From contig CDLV01000005.1 in the NCBI GenBank assembly GCA_001244265.2, positions 558,001 to 622,000 on the forward strand: a stretch of DNA of 64,000 nt. The letters run 5' to 3'. Both the position numbers and the translations under genes were made by a program. The notes beneath the pieces are model-generated. The model was given only the letters and a program-made list of their open reading frames with translations, made no database searches and was not told the origin of the DNA. Below are positions 36,200-49,515 of the stretch, piece after piece (within the stretch, counting starts at the first letter, position 1; each line of letters begins with the position of its first letter). Source of the DNA: Microbotryum violaceum (lineage: Eukaryota).

Positions 36200-39100
36200 A
36201 TGGCCTCCCTCCGGCTTAATGCAGTCGTCGCAGCATCCCTCTCATCGCCGAACCCACCGCTGCTGCACACCGGCACTGCAACTACGAGAGTCGTCGTCGT
36301 CGCGCATGGTCGTTCAGCCCGAAAGCTCACAGGTTCGCGCAGCCAGCTGGCCCCGCGCACTGTTTGGAGGGCTTTATTTGGAGGGTCTAATACAGGTGAG
36401 TTGTTTTCGCTCTACTTGCCTTGTGCTTCAGACTTTGACTCCGACGATGACTGCGTCGCGACCACGGCGAAGTGGATTTCGAGCGGCGCTGCAACTTTGG
36501 GCAATTGCGACTGCGACACGATCTGATCGGTGCTAGCCTCGAGTGTCTGGATTGCGCAAATACAGAGCCAGTATCACCCACGCAGAATCTGCAGAACGAT
36601 GCTCCGCAGCTAGGATCCCCCCGGAATGACCTGCATAGGTTCGCACAGGAGGCTCGTCGCCTCCGGCCCGGGGAGGTCGCGCCTCGGGGAAAGCTCAGGG
36701 GGTCGGTCTGTGCATACATCCAGGTTCAGCACTGCACTCGCTCTAGCTACCCCGCGCTTGGGATCCACTTCATACTGGTGGCATGTGTAGGAGCAGGTCG
36801 AGCATGGGGTAGAAAACTGCCGGATCGTGTACGGCGGACTCCGGTGCAGCGAGAGTGTTTCATGCATACCGATTTATCCTCAGTCTTGGCCTTGGCAGTG
36901 GTGTCTCAGTAGTCTCTGATCGGCGTCGTTATGAAAGCATGCGCACGACTCGATTCCGAAAGCCCCCCTTTGGGCCGCCGCGCGCGTGGGCTGAGCTGAT
37001 GCTGAAGTGACGCTCACCACTTTCGCTCTTTCTCGCTCCGACTTCTTCCCTCACCCATCGAACCCTTCACCCACTCCTCGGTCACGCATCTCAGCCTCGT
37101 ATCTGAACCCAAGATCAAGCTCCGCATTCGAGTCGGCCACTCGGAAAGCTCGCCCGCTGTTGGCGCCGGCAGCGGTCCAGACGTCGACCGTCTGCCGAGC
37201 GATGGCCGATACCTCCCCATCCTGTTGGGGAGCGAGTCTCTCTCAATCCGAGGTGGAAGTCACCACACGGGCTCAGGTGAGTCGGGGTTCTGGCCCTGCT
37301 GAGCCGTCCAGATTGTGTTTCTGTGTGCCAACAACTTGCCTCAATCCGCAGGCCACCTCGACCTCGCGGGCCATTAGAAGCGCTAGCCCGGTCGAGGATC
37401 CATCGCACACCCCCAGACAACGCTCACGCACCGAGTTCGACAACAGACCCTATGCGGAGGCTGAGAATTGGACACTGTCGCACGATTGCGTAGCTCCCAA
37501 GCTCGTACCGCGCTTGGACTCGATCATGACATCGACAAGGTCGTCTTCGCTCGCCACGGCTGTTTCGCATGTGTCCGACCAGCAGTACCACGAAGGTTCC
37601 GCGGGACATGGTGCAGGAGATTCAGCAGAAGGAAGCTATGCTCTACTCGTGACTGGGATGTTGGGGCTGGCTGTAGTCGGGAGTACGGTCGTTGAAGCTC
37701 AAGGGCACGATGTTCAGACGACGATACCGATCGGGCTTCCTCCTCATGGACGGTCACCGATACTGATGGACGAGCCGTTCGACCATGCTGGGTTTGGGAG
37801 TGGGGACAGTGGCTTTTTGTCGACTGAAAACGCGGACGAGAGTATGCGGAGAGGCCGAGGGCGGACAAGTCGCAGCACAAGCATCATCGGGCGATTCAGT
37901 CGTTCGGCATCACCAGACTGGAGCTCGCCGTCATCGTTGCGAGAGGTCCCGTCGAGCACCAACGTCAGCTCTTGGACACCAGATCGGTCACCGTCTTCTA
38001 CTTTGTTTCACAACGTACCCCTTTTTGGCAAGTCTCCTGCCCGATCGACACATACTACTTCCTCGCGACGCCCCTCGACGAGCGACGCGATCACCTCGAG
38101 ATGGAGGCAGCAGAACCTGCTCGCGCACGTCGAAAATTCCTCCGAGAAGCTGAGCACTTCGCTCTTGCCGTCATCTAAGGAAACCAAGGACGATCAAGCT
38201 ACTGTCACATCCGTGAAGCAACTCGTGCTGCAAACCAGAAGATCATCCATACCAGCCGTTCGCGAGTTCACCGTCGCCGACGAAAAGCGGTCCTCAGTTC
38301 GCAGTATAGATCGCGCTCGCGACGGACTCGGGTTGAACCTTGAATTGTTTGACATCGCACAAGACTCGCCTGCGCACTTGTCAACTGCCAGTCCCGTTCC
38401 GACTGTCAATGTTGCACGCCTTCGGACGCCTAGCGTCGACCAGTCTGACCAGTTCGATCCAGAGTGCAGTTTTTCAATCCTTGCTGATGGTCTCGACCCG
38501 TCACCTCGATCTGCTGCGAGTACAAGCTCCAATACCGAGAGCGTCTCGCCGTCTTTCCTCATCACCGATGACTCGCCCGTCTTGTCAACTTCCACCTACT
38601 CTTCCGCACGTCCAGTCCGGTACAACACCAGCCCGTCAGCCGAGTCGCCGCAATCCTTTCTCGCTCGAACGACAGAAAGTCCAATGCTACCCCCCAGTTC
38701 ATCGAATCAGAGGACGTCGAGCGCACCTCAGGTCGATACGTGGGCAGGTGGTGTACCTATGCCCACTCCTCGTGAGAATCATGCTCTGCCCACTCCCGAT
38801 ACGAGCCTCTCGGTACCCGAGGCTCTGGCGCCCTTGGAGAAGCGCGCCACGACGAGCCCTCCACTGGCTGTGCGGACCACACCCGGGGTGGACCAGACCT
38901 CTCAGCGCGGCACGGGTCGATCACGCCAGACGTCAAGTGGTTCGGACACACCCGGCTCAAAGATTTCACGACGACTCTCCAGTTTCTTCTCCAAGCTGAC
39001 GCCTTCCACATCGCCGGCGAGTCTTTCACGTCCGACTACGCCTACACTGAATAGATCGCCGATCGAAGATGGTGGAAGCAAACGAAACCGGGCCGGCTCG

Positions 39101-41305
39101 CATTCTAAGTCTCCGAGCCCGGCGACATTGGGCCCGCCCGCATCGATCCACCAAAACTCGCAGAGCTCCACGCCGTCCTCGACGCTCAAGAAGGGCACAA
39201 TTCGTGGCAGCATTTCCATGCCGAGCCCGGCTATCACCGACCCAGCCTCCGCAGCTTCGTCCGAATCGAACAAAGTGCTCAACTCGTCACCCTTGCCAAG
39301 TCGAACTCTGAGGTCGATTATGGGTGCTCAGGATTACAACGATGCGATCGCTCGACATGGTATGCTTGAGATGAAGCGCCAAGAAGTCATTTTTGAGTTG
39401 TGCGAAACGGAGCGGTCGTTCGTCGAAGCACTCAAGGGCGTTATGGAGGTGTTTGCGTTGCCATTGCGGGATCGTCAAGGGGGATGGATCAGAGGAGTAC
39501 CGATTGTCGTTGCCCGGTTGTTTGATTGGGCCGCTGATATGGTCTATGTGAGTCGGGTGGGAACGCTAATCTAGGGCCTTTGGGAGATCGTCTCGCTGAC
39601 GCTTGCACGTGGTTTTCAGCTCCACGCCCAAATTGCCGAAGCACTGCTATACGCACGTGGCCGGAAACCGCAAGACATAGTCACTCGGATTGCCACCGTC
39701 TTCATGCCCTTCGTCCCCCAGCTCGAGATTCATCAACCTTACCTCGTTCGCTTCGAGAGTGTAACGCGCCTCATCGAAAGGATGGCGGCCGATCAGAACT
39801 CCGACTTCGGCGCCTTCGTTCGCATGCAGACTCGGTCGTTCTTGGGTGGCATGACGCTTTCGAGTTTTTTGCTCAAGCCTGTTCAAAGACTAATGAAGTA
39901 TCCGCTGTTCTTCAAGGTGAGCTAGAACTGAAGCCGGAGTCCATTTGGGCGCGACACGAATGTTGATGATATCTTCCATGCTCTGTAGCAACTCTGTGAG
40001 CTGACACCCAAAGACCACGTCGACTATCGAGCCACGATCTCGCTTCTCCGCGACACCGATCTCATCATTCGTGTCATGCAAGAGGTCAAGTCGCGTGAGG
40101 ACGAATACGAGGAGCTCAAGCGGATCGAGGCGAAGATGAGGGGCTTGCCCCAGGGGTTCCGGCTTGCTCAGCGGGATCGCCGTCTCCTCGCCCAAGGGTC
40201 GATGAAACGGATCCATGCCAGCGAGAAGGGCCGAAGTGCGTTGCTTGTAGCCGAGGCTTCAGGTGTCAGACGCAGGTCCTCGATTCCAGCGATACCCGAG
40301 AAAGCTCTCATCGCCTCGTCACTGCCCGTCAAGTTGCCATTGCTTGTCGAATCGAGGCGATCTCTTTCCGGGACATCAGATTCTGGATCCGATGACCCTT
40401 CCATTCTGACAGAGCATGATCAAACAAGCTGGCCTGCCCAGTGCGCCACGCTCGATACTAAGGCATCGTATCCAAAGGCATCTTCGCTCCTTCCGAAGAC
40501 GTTGCCCGGGCTACCGAATGAAGGTCCGGGTGTCTTCTCATCGTCGCCAGTATCGATGTGGCTCGGCGAAGGGGTAACGGGAGGCGACTCGCCCAACGTG
40601 TTTGCGCTGTCTCTCCCAAAGAGGCCGGGCTCATCAATGTCGCTTGACTCGATCTCGGGTCGACGTACGAAGCCTCTGAAGCTGCGAGCAAAGGAATCAT
40701 ACGTGCAGGTCTTCATCTTCTCCGACCTTGTGGTCTTCGCGCAACGGATGACCGAAAATGGAAGCAAGATGAGCTCAAAAGGAGCCTCGCTCGGTCCGGA
40801 TCGACCTGGAACCGCGTATGAGATTATCGAGTCGATCGGAGTTTCCAAAGTCGACAGCGTCATGGATCTCTCCGGGCAGACGGAGCATGACCATTTGTTG
40901 GCAGTCGCGTTGACCCCTCTCGCCTCGGAGCCAGTGACCGTCTTCTTGACCGTTCCGCCCCAGACCACCTCCGGGTCCTCCGGATCTTCGAACCTGCCTT
41001 CCTCCACCAAGATTCACGCACGATGGAACAACGCCTTCGAGCGCAGTCGGATCAAGTCCGCAAAGTTATCGAATATCCTCCCCGGTCCCTTGAGAACCCT
41101 CGACATCCCCGTAACGACGGACGAGCGAACCCTCGCCGCGTCGTTCCTCAAAAGCCCTGGTGAAGGTTACACCGCGCCAATCGAGCCTTTGGATGAACGT
41201 GTTGATTTGACTTCCGAACGAGCGGAATGCGATTGGTGGAGATTGAGGTTCAACAAGATGAGGTCCGAGCTCGAGACGGAGTCGTCGCACTACTTGGCAC
41301 GTTGA
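36200..41305 (+). CDS. Dbl-homology RhoGEF (DH-PH) with long disordered N-terminus; 5' end uncertain (36200 or 37202)
   Basis: KRQEVIFELCETERSFV, LSSFLLKPVQRLMKYPLFFK, PH-like VQVFIFSDLVVFA; candidate exon 36200-36395 splices in phase to the acceptor at 37094. Confidence 0.85.
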
Positions 41306-41795
41306 ATTTGTCCTCGGGTGGAAGGAGGTTAGGGCTTGGTGGAGAGGTGGTGACGTTTGACAGTCGTTTATCCTAGTGGAGGAAACCATCATGTCGTAAT
41401 TCTACATCGCTTGAACGAACAGAAAGTGCTCAACAAAGGAGGGGAGGGCTGCAGGTGCGAGTTCGACCCCCTGTGTTAAAGCGCACGTCGTTTTGTTCGG
41501 CCTTCACTCTGGCTCAACAGTGGCTAGTGGCTAATCAATCTCCTCCCCAGAGTATCCAGCAACAAGTCAAATCATCGGTGAGCTTTGTTCTACGATTTTG
41601 CTCCGCTGATGGGCTGTCAAATTCGCGGCGCTCATAAGGCCAGGGATCGGATCCTGTGTATGTGGCCGGTCTTCCAGTCAACCCGGGCAGTAGTTTGTGA
41701 GCCCCGGTGATTAAGAAATAAAAATTGTACCTAGCTTGTTGTTACATAACATACAAAACCTAGAGCTCGTACTAACGCCCTACGTCACACCAACT

Positions 41796-44099
41796 CTACT
41801 TGCCCTTGCGCAGACTCAACTCCTTATCCACCCCTTCGAACCTCCCATGTAGCGTCATCACGCTCCCCAAACCCTGATGACACTCGACCTGGAAAGTCCT
41901 ATACTCCGCTTTCTCCCCATCAACCGATATGGATCCTTGAGGGTTCAACATCGTCAGTCTGTATGCTTTGACCTTATAGTACCTCAACTCGGGGTTCCAA
42001 TAGACCCCACCGGTCGAGGCGTCGTCCATAAATTGGAGACCCTGGAGAGCGCTTAGAGGGGGCACGATCGCCACGTCGATGGTGCCCGAGTTCGAAAAGG
42101 GTTCGGCTATGGATAGAAGTTTGACCTGAACGATGGGGGTTCGATCAGTGGCGGTAGAATCGAATCACGTCCGTGGGAAACTCACATCTGCCGAGATGAA
42201 CGGCCATTTGCCACCGTAGATCCACATGCAGTCGGAACGGATCGTGTGCCACCCTTTTCCCAACGCCGTCGTGGCCGAAGGGATCTCGTTGTGCACCCTT
42301 GCCTGTGCTTGAGTGGGCAGAGGATCTAGATCCGTCCCATACGCAAGTGGCGGTAATCCCTGATCCCCTCCATCTTCCTCTTTTGTCGTTGACGTTGCCG
42401 ATGCTGTCGCGGAACTACTCGACGCAGCTTGGAGCTCGTTGTGCCTTTTGACCAGGTCGGCCTTGTCCAGCGATTCGGCAATCTCAAAGCTGAGCTCAAA
42501 GGCGTACGTCTTTCTTTGCAGGCAACCCTGGATGTAGCCGAGCGTGAAACGAGCGTCGCCGATCCATCTCAGATGCTCCGTTCCCAAATCTACGGGAAGC
42601 CCCCGGGGCCCCAAACGTCAGCACCAGTCTAGAGGACGCTTGAGGGGAGGTACCAAATCCTTACCGATATCAGCCATCAATCCCGTCGCCTGTGTTAGAA
42701 AGCTAATACTCCTCTTTCCGCCAGAGACGAACGAACACAGATCCATCTTGGTACTTCTCCCCTTGATCGCGACCAAACTCGACCACACTGGATCTTTGAC
42801 GTGGTCCTTCCCCACTGCATTGATGTTTAATGCGTTGCCTGATCCAGCAGGCACAGTAACTAGGGTCGTGGATTCGAGAGCCGTCCGGGCGTCATCACGA
42901 GTTGAAAGTCCGTTGAGGATTTGGTAAGGTATGCCGTCGCCGGAGACGGTGATGAGGGCGTCATAGGCTCTGTAGTCGTGGTTGTGGCCCAGGACAGTGG
43001 CGTCCGTAGGTGATCCTGGAGGTCCGGTGTCTTAGTTGGAAGAGAAGAGTCCGTTGAGTCTCGATCCATAAAAGCTCAACAAGGTTTACGATCTTGACTG
43101 ACATTCAACATCGACGTGAGCGCTCGCTGCTTCCAGTACAGGCAAGACCTGCTCGTGGCAGATCGTCTTGGCCTTGGCTTTGCCCCCATGAGGATTGACG
43201 ATGACTCTGAATCGGCGATGACGCTTGGTGCCCTCTGTGAGGCAAACCAGACCTCTTTAGTCTTCGGATTGCACGAGGTACTAAATTGGTTCGGATGCTC
43301 ACCTGGATAAGCCCTCTTGATGAGTTCGTTCTGGAAAGCGTCGAGGGAATTCTGGGTCCCCAAGCCTCGTTCAAGATGATCGTCGTCACTGAACGAGTCA
43401 TGCACGGTGCCTTGGAAAGACCAGAGCACGAACTTGCTCCCCTTCTGCCGTGGTTTCGGATTATGGATCGCCTTTATCATCAGCGTCTTGATCTGTGTGG
43501 TGGAAGAAGGCGTGATCTCGACGCTAAGGATGTGGAGGAAGGGGATTTTGAGGGTCGTGCTCGAGGATGCTGTTGCAGTGAGGGTTTGAAAAGATCGCCG
43601 ATTCGCCGATGCTCCGTCAATTTGAGCAGAATGCAGGCGGATCACATTAAAACAAAAGCAGAACTTACTTTTGAGTATGTTCAAAGAGGAAAAGTTGCTG
43701 GTTGGTCCTGTACAGAGTAGGATGCCGGACAACTTGGCTCAGAGACGGTTTTCTCGCCTGCGCGTCGCGTCGCGAGTCCGCACCACGCGGCTTACCCGTT
43801 CTCGTCTGCACGACACTGAGATACCCTCGTCCAGCCGCTGGATCACCCTCGACAGTGTCATGTATGACAAGGTTGACGGGATGCTTGTCACTGCCCGAGT
43901 TGACGAGTAGTTCATGGCCAAAGGGGAGGCTCGAAGTAGTCGTCGTGCCCGAAGCCGACGCCGAGGTGGAGCTTGTGGGGGTGCCCGTCATCGCCACCAT
44001 TACCGGTGAAGGAGGCTGTGAGCCCAATCTTCGATACAGTATCGACTCTTCGCCCTGTGGGACCCCACTCTGTGTGCAACAACACAAGCATGACCACAT
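41796..44099 (-). CDS. LCB4: Sphingosine (long-chain base) kinase, DAGK-like catalytic domain
   Basis: VIVNPHGG, VSGDGIPYQILNG, PAGSGNA, DLGTEHLRWIGDARFTLG and ISVDGE; N-terminal CLCCC. Confidence 0.85.
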
Positions 44100-44350
44100 G
44101 ATGGACCGGGGATGGGTACGAACGATGACGAGCTTGGCCAGAGCGCAAGAGGGGTCCTCTACGGCCAAAAGCGACGTACGTCAGTCTCACCCAGTGAGCG
44201 CGCGCCACAGAACTGCCACGGATCATTAGTAACCAGATCCGTCTTACAGAGAAAGGAAGGTTTCCGATTCGCTTTCATTTCTGGTCGGTCGGTCCTCGCG
44301 TCATTGTTCACCACACCACCACCCTGACCCTGCAGCGTCTACATACCACC

Positions 44351-44960
44351 ATGTCTCGACTCGCTACAACAATATCCCAATCCTTCCGACTCAATCTCCT
44401 CGCTCGATCAACACCTACGGCGCGCTTCGTATCGCGCGCAACACGGCCTTACTCGACCTCGTCCGAATCGACGGAGACAAGCGAAGGTGAACTGGCGCTC
44501 AAGAGCAAGCTACAGCAGGCACTGCAGGGGTCGACAGTGCAAGTACAGGATGTGTCAGGTAATTCAGCTGGGACGGGCTGGTCCTGTTTTGGTGAACGAG
44601 ATCCAACTTGCTCATTGGTCTGGCTTCAACCCCACTCACCCATCACCAATCACTCACTACGCGGCACTCGCGCCCCGGTCACGATCGGCGTTGTTGCAAA
44701 CAGGGGGCTGCGGCACCTTCTACGCTATCTCGATACAACACGCCTCCTTCAAAGGCCTGTCAACGATCAAGCAACACCGTATCGTTAATGACCTTTTGGC
44801 GGATGAGATCAAGGGGATGCATGGACTGCAGGTAAGTCTCTTTAACCGAGTCGTTCCCGAGGAAAATGATCGGCTTTGCACCGCTTGTGCTTGAAGCTGA
44901 TTAATCGACTCGCTCGTCTCTATTTTTTAGTTAAAGACATCACCGCCGCAAGAACTTTGA
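44351..44960 (+). CDS. BOL3: Mitochondrial BolA-family protein (Bol3/Aim1-like)
   Basis: Presequence, VQDVSGGCGTFYAISI, FKGLSTIKQHRIVN and GMHGLQLKT. Confidence 0.9.
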
Positions 44961-45605
44961 AGAGGGGGCTTACAAGTTCAGCGATCGGTGTAGATATGAT
45001 GTCCACTGTAATCACAGGAAGATGGGTTAACGTACTCGGTCAGGGTGAGCATGACCCAGAAATGGTGCGACGCTCATCATCGCTTCAGTACCAAGGCGAC
45101 AAGATCTGGAAGTGGTGAGGCTCTGAGCCAGAGCTTAGTTATCCACGTGTGACTGCAAGTGGGACTTCACTTACCCTCTCTCTCAAGAAAAAACTAGCGC
45201 TCGCTCAGAGTTCAGAAGAATTCGCCAGCTAGAAATCGCGCCAAACTAGTGCGATGCACGGGCTCGACTGATGTTCAGCTGGTTTCGATCACTGTGCAGA
45301 TAGGCAAGAATATCACACTGATCGACACCTACACATTACACACCAGACCCCGGCTTCATAAGCTTTGATCGGCCGATCGCCGGCTGGAAGGACGGCGGTT
45401 GACTTCGCGGCTGCGAGCGGGTTAACAGGAGGTACTTCAAAACGAACGTCGGCCGCTTCGGTGGGCGCAGCCGAAGCCTCGAGTTGGCTGAAAAGTAGCA
45501 CGCTCGGTGGTTAGTCTTGATCCGGAGCAGTTTGCTCTTTCGTCTCTTTCCTTCGTTCCTCACCCTTTTGTCACCACCTCACCTCACTCCAAAGCACTCA
45601 TCATC

Positions 45606-46108
45606 ATGCGCACTTGCTCGATTGTCTTTGCCCTGGGCACTTTGCTCACTTTGAGCTTGACCCAAGTCGTCGTCGCTGCCCCTAAAGCTGCCGATTCGAC
45701 TGATTTCACTAAAGGGTGCGTTCTCCGAGGCTCGCTTTTATCAGCAGCTACCTCAGAGCTGACGACCTCCCCTGCCCTCATCACCGCAGAATGTCGTGCA
45801 AGTAAGTTGCCTAGCCGGCGATCAGCTATCGGCCTCTACCTCCCGAGCAACCCCTTTCTCAGCCAGAATATATCATACTGATCCCCGACCTCCTCTTCCT
45901 CAGTTCATGCGTCAAGACGTGCAACCAAAAGCACTTAGCGACTGGATCCGCGGATATGGAGGCGTAAGTCAGCTCTGCCATCGCACCCCTACACCCCTCC
46001 TCTGAGCATAGCTCATGTTCCGATCACTCGCTCCCGCTGTCTCGCAGTGGCACGTCGTTGGTCGATTGCATGGACAGTTGCATCTCTGTGTACAACTGCG
46101 AGTCGTAG
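45606..46108 (+). CDS. Small secreted Cys-rich protein (~80 aa), candidate effector
   Basis: Four exons give MRTCSIVFALGTLLTLSLTQVVVA-APKAADSTDFTKGMSCNSCVKTCNQKHLATGSADMEAGTSLVDCMDSCISVYNCES*. Confidence 0.85.
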
Positions 46109-46389
46109 GAAGGGACGTGATTCGATCGGCAATGACACTTAGATGTCTTGACATCGCAAGCCTCAAGATGAGATTCTTGTTGGAGACATCTCGACTCGGA
46201 GCACATCATTCATCCATTCATCATCGACCGGACCTGACCAAGCAAAATGTACTTTTACTTTCATCCGTTGATTCCGTTCGTACAACAAAGACCAGTCCCA
46301 TCTGCCTATAAAGAATAGAAGAAGAAGAAAAAACCTGGAAAATAGAGCCTGCCCCATGCGTTCCACAATAAAAACCCCTTTATCATCCT

Positions 46390-48939
46390 TTACGACTTGA
46401 TCTCATGCACGATCATCAAATTCGTGCTCGTGCCGTCCCAACCTCGATTCCCCGACGTGGTGATCATGTATCGTTCTAAAGGGTCGATCCCTTTCCGAAA
46501 GAACCGCGTGGGCAAACACCAGTAAGTCATCCACTTCAAAACCCTCGGGTTATAAAGCACACGAACGTACAAAGGTTCGAAACGACCCCCCCATAATGCC
46601 CCAACACAAGCCGACTCTTCACCTTCCCCTCCCCCCTTCCTCTCCCAAATCCCACATCCTCACATTATCGAAACTCGCCGTGATTAACTTCCTCCCCGAT
46701 GTCCCCAAAGCCTTGATAGCCGTGACAGGTCCTGAAGCGAGGGGTAAACGAAGAGTTTGGAGAGTTGGAGAACGCGGAGAACATTGGCGTAGATCGTAAA
46801 TGTCTACTAGGGGGTCGTGGCGTCCGACGTAGATTTGGTTCCCGTCGGGGGACCAGGTTGCCTAAAGGTTTCGGAAATACAGCAAGTCAGTACTGTGCAC
46901 TCGCCTCATATGAACCCCGACCGACTCACCGAAGCGCACCACATCCCATACCTCCCACTACTCGGCAACCTCACCACATTCGCGTCCTTGACCCTCGTGT
47001 CCCAAATCAACACCTGGCCATCCAAACTGGTGGACATGAACACATCGTCACTCTTCTTGCCCCGCATGGACGATGAAGCATCAGGTTGTGTTCCCCAGAT
47101 GGGAATTGAGGTTGTCTTCTTGAGTTTAGGGACGAGCAAGGAGGATCCTGTGGATTTGGGCTTGATGGGGATGGTGATTTTGGTTGAAGAAGACGAGGAA
47201 GGATTCGTCGCTGACGTCGTATTGGCGTTACTGGATACGCCCAACAAAGCTTCTTCGTCGAAATCCTCCCCATCGGCATCGAGGTCGCCTTCAGCATCGA
47301 CGTCGTCCTTTTTGGCTGTCGCTTCCTCCTTCGCTTGCGTTGTCGTCGACGCCCTGTCCTCTTCTTCTTCCTCTCCATCGGTTGTGGGGGTCTCTTTCGT
47401 CCCATTACCATTCCCGTTCGTTTTCCTCTGATCACCATTCCCTGTTTTCCTCTTCTTCCTCTGCTTCTCCTCCTCCTCCTCCTCACTATCATCCACCTCC
47501 ATAGCCCCCTCATCCTCATCCTCATCCTCGTCCCCGTCCCCTCCCCCTCTCCCTCCCCCAGTCTCCACCGGTCTCGCCTGCACCGAACTAACCTGCGCAT
47601 CATGCCCCTGGCCGAACCTCCTCACCGCCTTGCCCAAATCCATATCCCATTCCAAAACTTGCCCATCCCATCCCCCACTCCATAACCTCCTCTCGTCCTG
47701 GGTCAGATTAAGGACGGAGATCGGGGAAGAAGGGGAGTGACCTAGTGTTGTAGAGGAGGTGGAAGAGGGGAACACGTGCCGTATCTGCCCTTGATCATGT
47801 CGGATCGTGAAGAGGTTGATCGTACCGAACTGAAAACCAACTCCCCTCCCTCAAAAACACGTCAGCATCGACACCACGAGCTCGGAGAAGAACCTTTCCC
47901 CCCCCTCCCCCCGGCTCCCCCTCCCCAGAAAAATCCAACTCACCGCCGTGCCCGAAAGGCCCCATAGATCCTCTTTGTTGACTTGCAAACTATACACGAC
48001 CGAAGATTTGTTCCATGCTTTACTTTTGGGACCGAATTCGATTTGTCTCGATTGTCCGCCTTGAGTTCGACTGGACCAGAGACGGTCTTGGATCCAATTC
48101 GGTGGGGATGCTGGATCGGGTGCTGAGGAGGTGGAGGGATTCGGTGGTACGGGTGGAGGTGCTATGGAGGAAGAGGAGGAGGAGGAAAGAGAAGGAGGTG
48201 CTTCGTTTTCCCAATAGCCTCTGAGGACGGGATACCTCCCCATCGTATTCAACAGCGGTGTATGCGCCGCGCCGAAAGCCACTCCCATTCCATCCACGGA
48301 AGAGCCAAGCTCAACTCCCAGCGTGGTATGCAACACCGACGAAGACGCATGAGCCGGAGACGAGACTGACGAAGAAGAGGTATAGTTGGGACCTAGATGG
48401 GCCGATTCGGAAGGGTTCAACGAAGCGGGGAGGGAATAGCGTCGGATGTAGCCGTCGGCTGAACCGGTGTAGAGATGCGAACAATCGAGCGAGGACGAGA
48501 AGGCGTGAATGGGCGTAGAGTGAGGGACGTAGAGCAGGCTTTCGATCGCGTAGGATTGGTTGTCGGAAGTCGAGGGGGCGGTATAGTGTCGTCGGCGTTT
48601 GTGGATCTGCTCGAGGTAGGCAGAGTTCGGAGCGCCGAGGTCGATCGGGGTCGGTTCGCGAGGCGGTGGTGGTGGAGGGGGTGGTGTAGGCGTTGGTGCG
48701 ATGACTGTCGGCGCTATTCCTTCTCCACCTTTTTCGTTCGCTCCGGAACCCATCTTGACATGCTCACTGTCCACATCGATCGGTGCCGAGCCTTCGGGCC
48801 CGGCGCTCGTCGTCGGCTTGTCGTCGAGAGGCAGCACCGGCTTGTCCCCGTCAACTTGCTCGGCTACTTCAGTCGTGTTGTTGACGTTGATCGGCGTGGA
48901 CAGGTTGGATCCATTTTGTGGTGTCGTATCCACGGCCAT
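46390..48939 (-). CDS. SPT8: SAGA complex WD40 subunit Spt8
   Basis: LYTGSADGYIRRY, GYWENE, VYSLQV..LWGLSGT, GTINLFTIRHDQG, WSGGWDG, WCAS and YMITTSGNRGWDGTST. Confidence 0.85.
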
Positions 48940-49515
48940 TCGACGGGGTTTAGACGGATGGGCTGACAAGGAGGAGAGAAAGAAGGGACCGCGGCGAAGG
49001 ATCACGGAACGCGCCCGCGACTGACCGACTTTCTCCCCACACAAAGTCAGTCAGTCAGTCACACACAGTCTGGCTGGCGCGGTTTTGGGCCGGTCGCCTG
49101 AGTCGAGACAGGGGGGGCCCGGGGCCGAAAGGTCCACTTTTTACATTAGATTCTGTCTTTGAATAAGACTAGCTAGAATTTATGACTTTAACCATTTAAA
49201 CACTTTCACTGAGCCTAGCGGTCAGTTCTTGTATCATCCCAAAAGATAGTATTACCTTCAGTCTAGCCCGGATCGAAACACGGCCTTCCATCCCTTCTAA
49301 GCAAAACCGCCAAAAATCGGCCATACTATGAAATGACCCGGGCAGGTATCACCGACATTGAAGCCCCCAAATCCAGCATATATACCAAGCGCGAATTGCA
49401 GCGCCTACTCGCGCGCGCGCCTGTACGGCAGACGACCGCGCGCCCTTAATACTAAACCGTCTCCTGCCTACACCCCTCTACGCACATCACTCCACCCCCT
49501 TCAACACCACCTTAT

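Noticed and set aside
49046-49063. CAGTCACA (Homol-D-like box) upstream of RPS21
   Set aside because: Arises at the end of an (AGTC)n microsatellite about 430 bp from the likely RPS21 TSS
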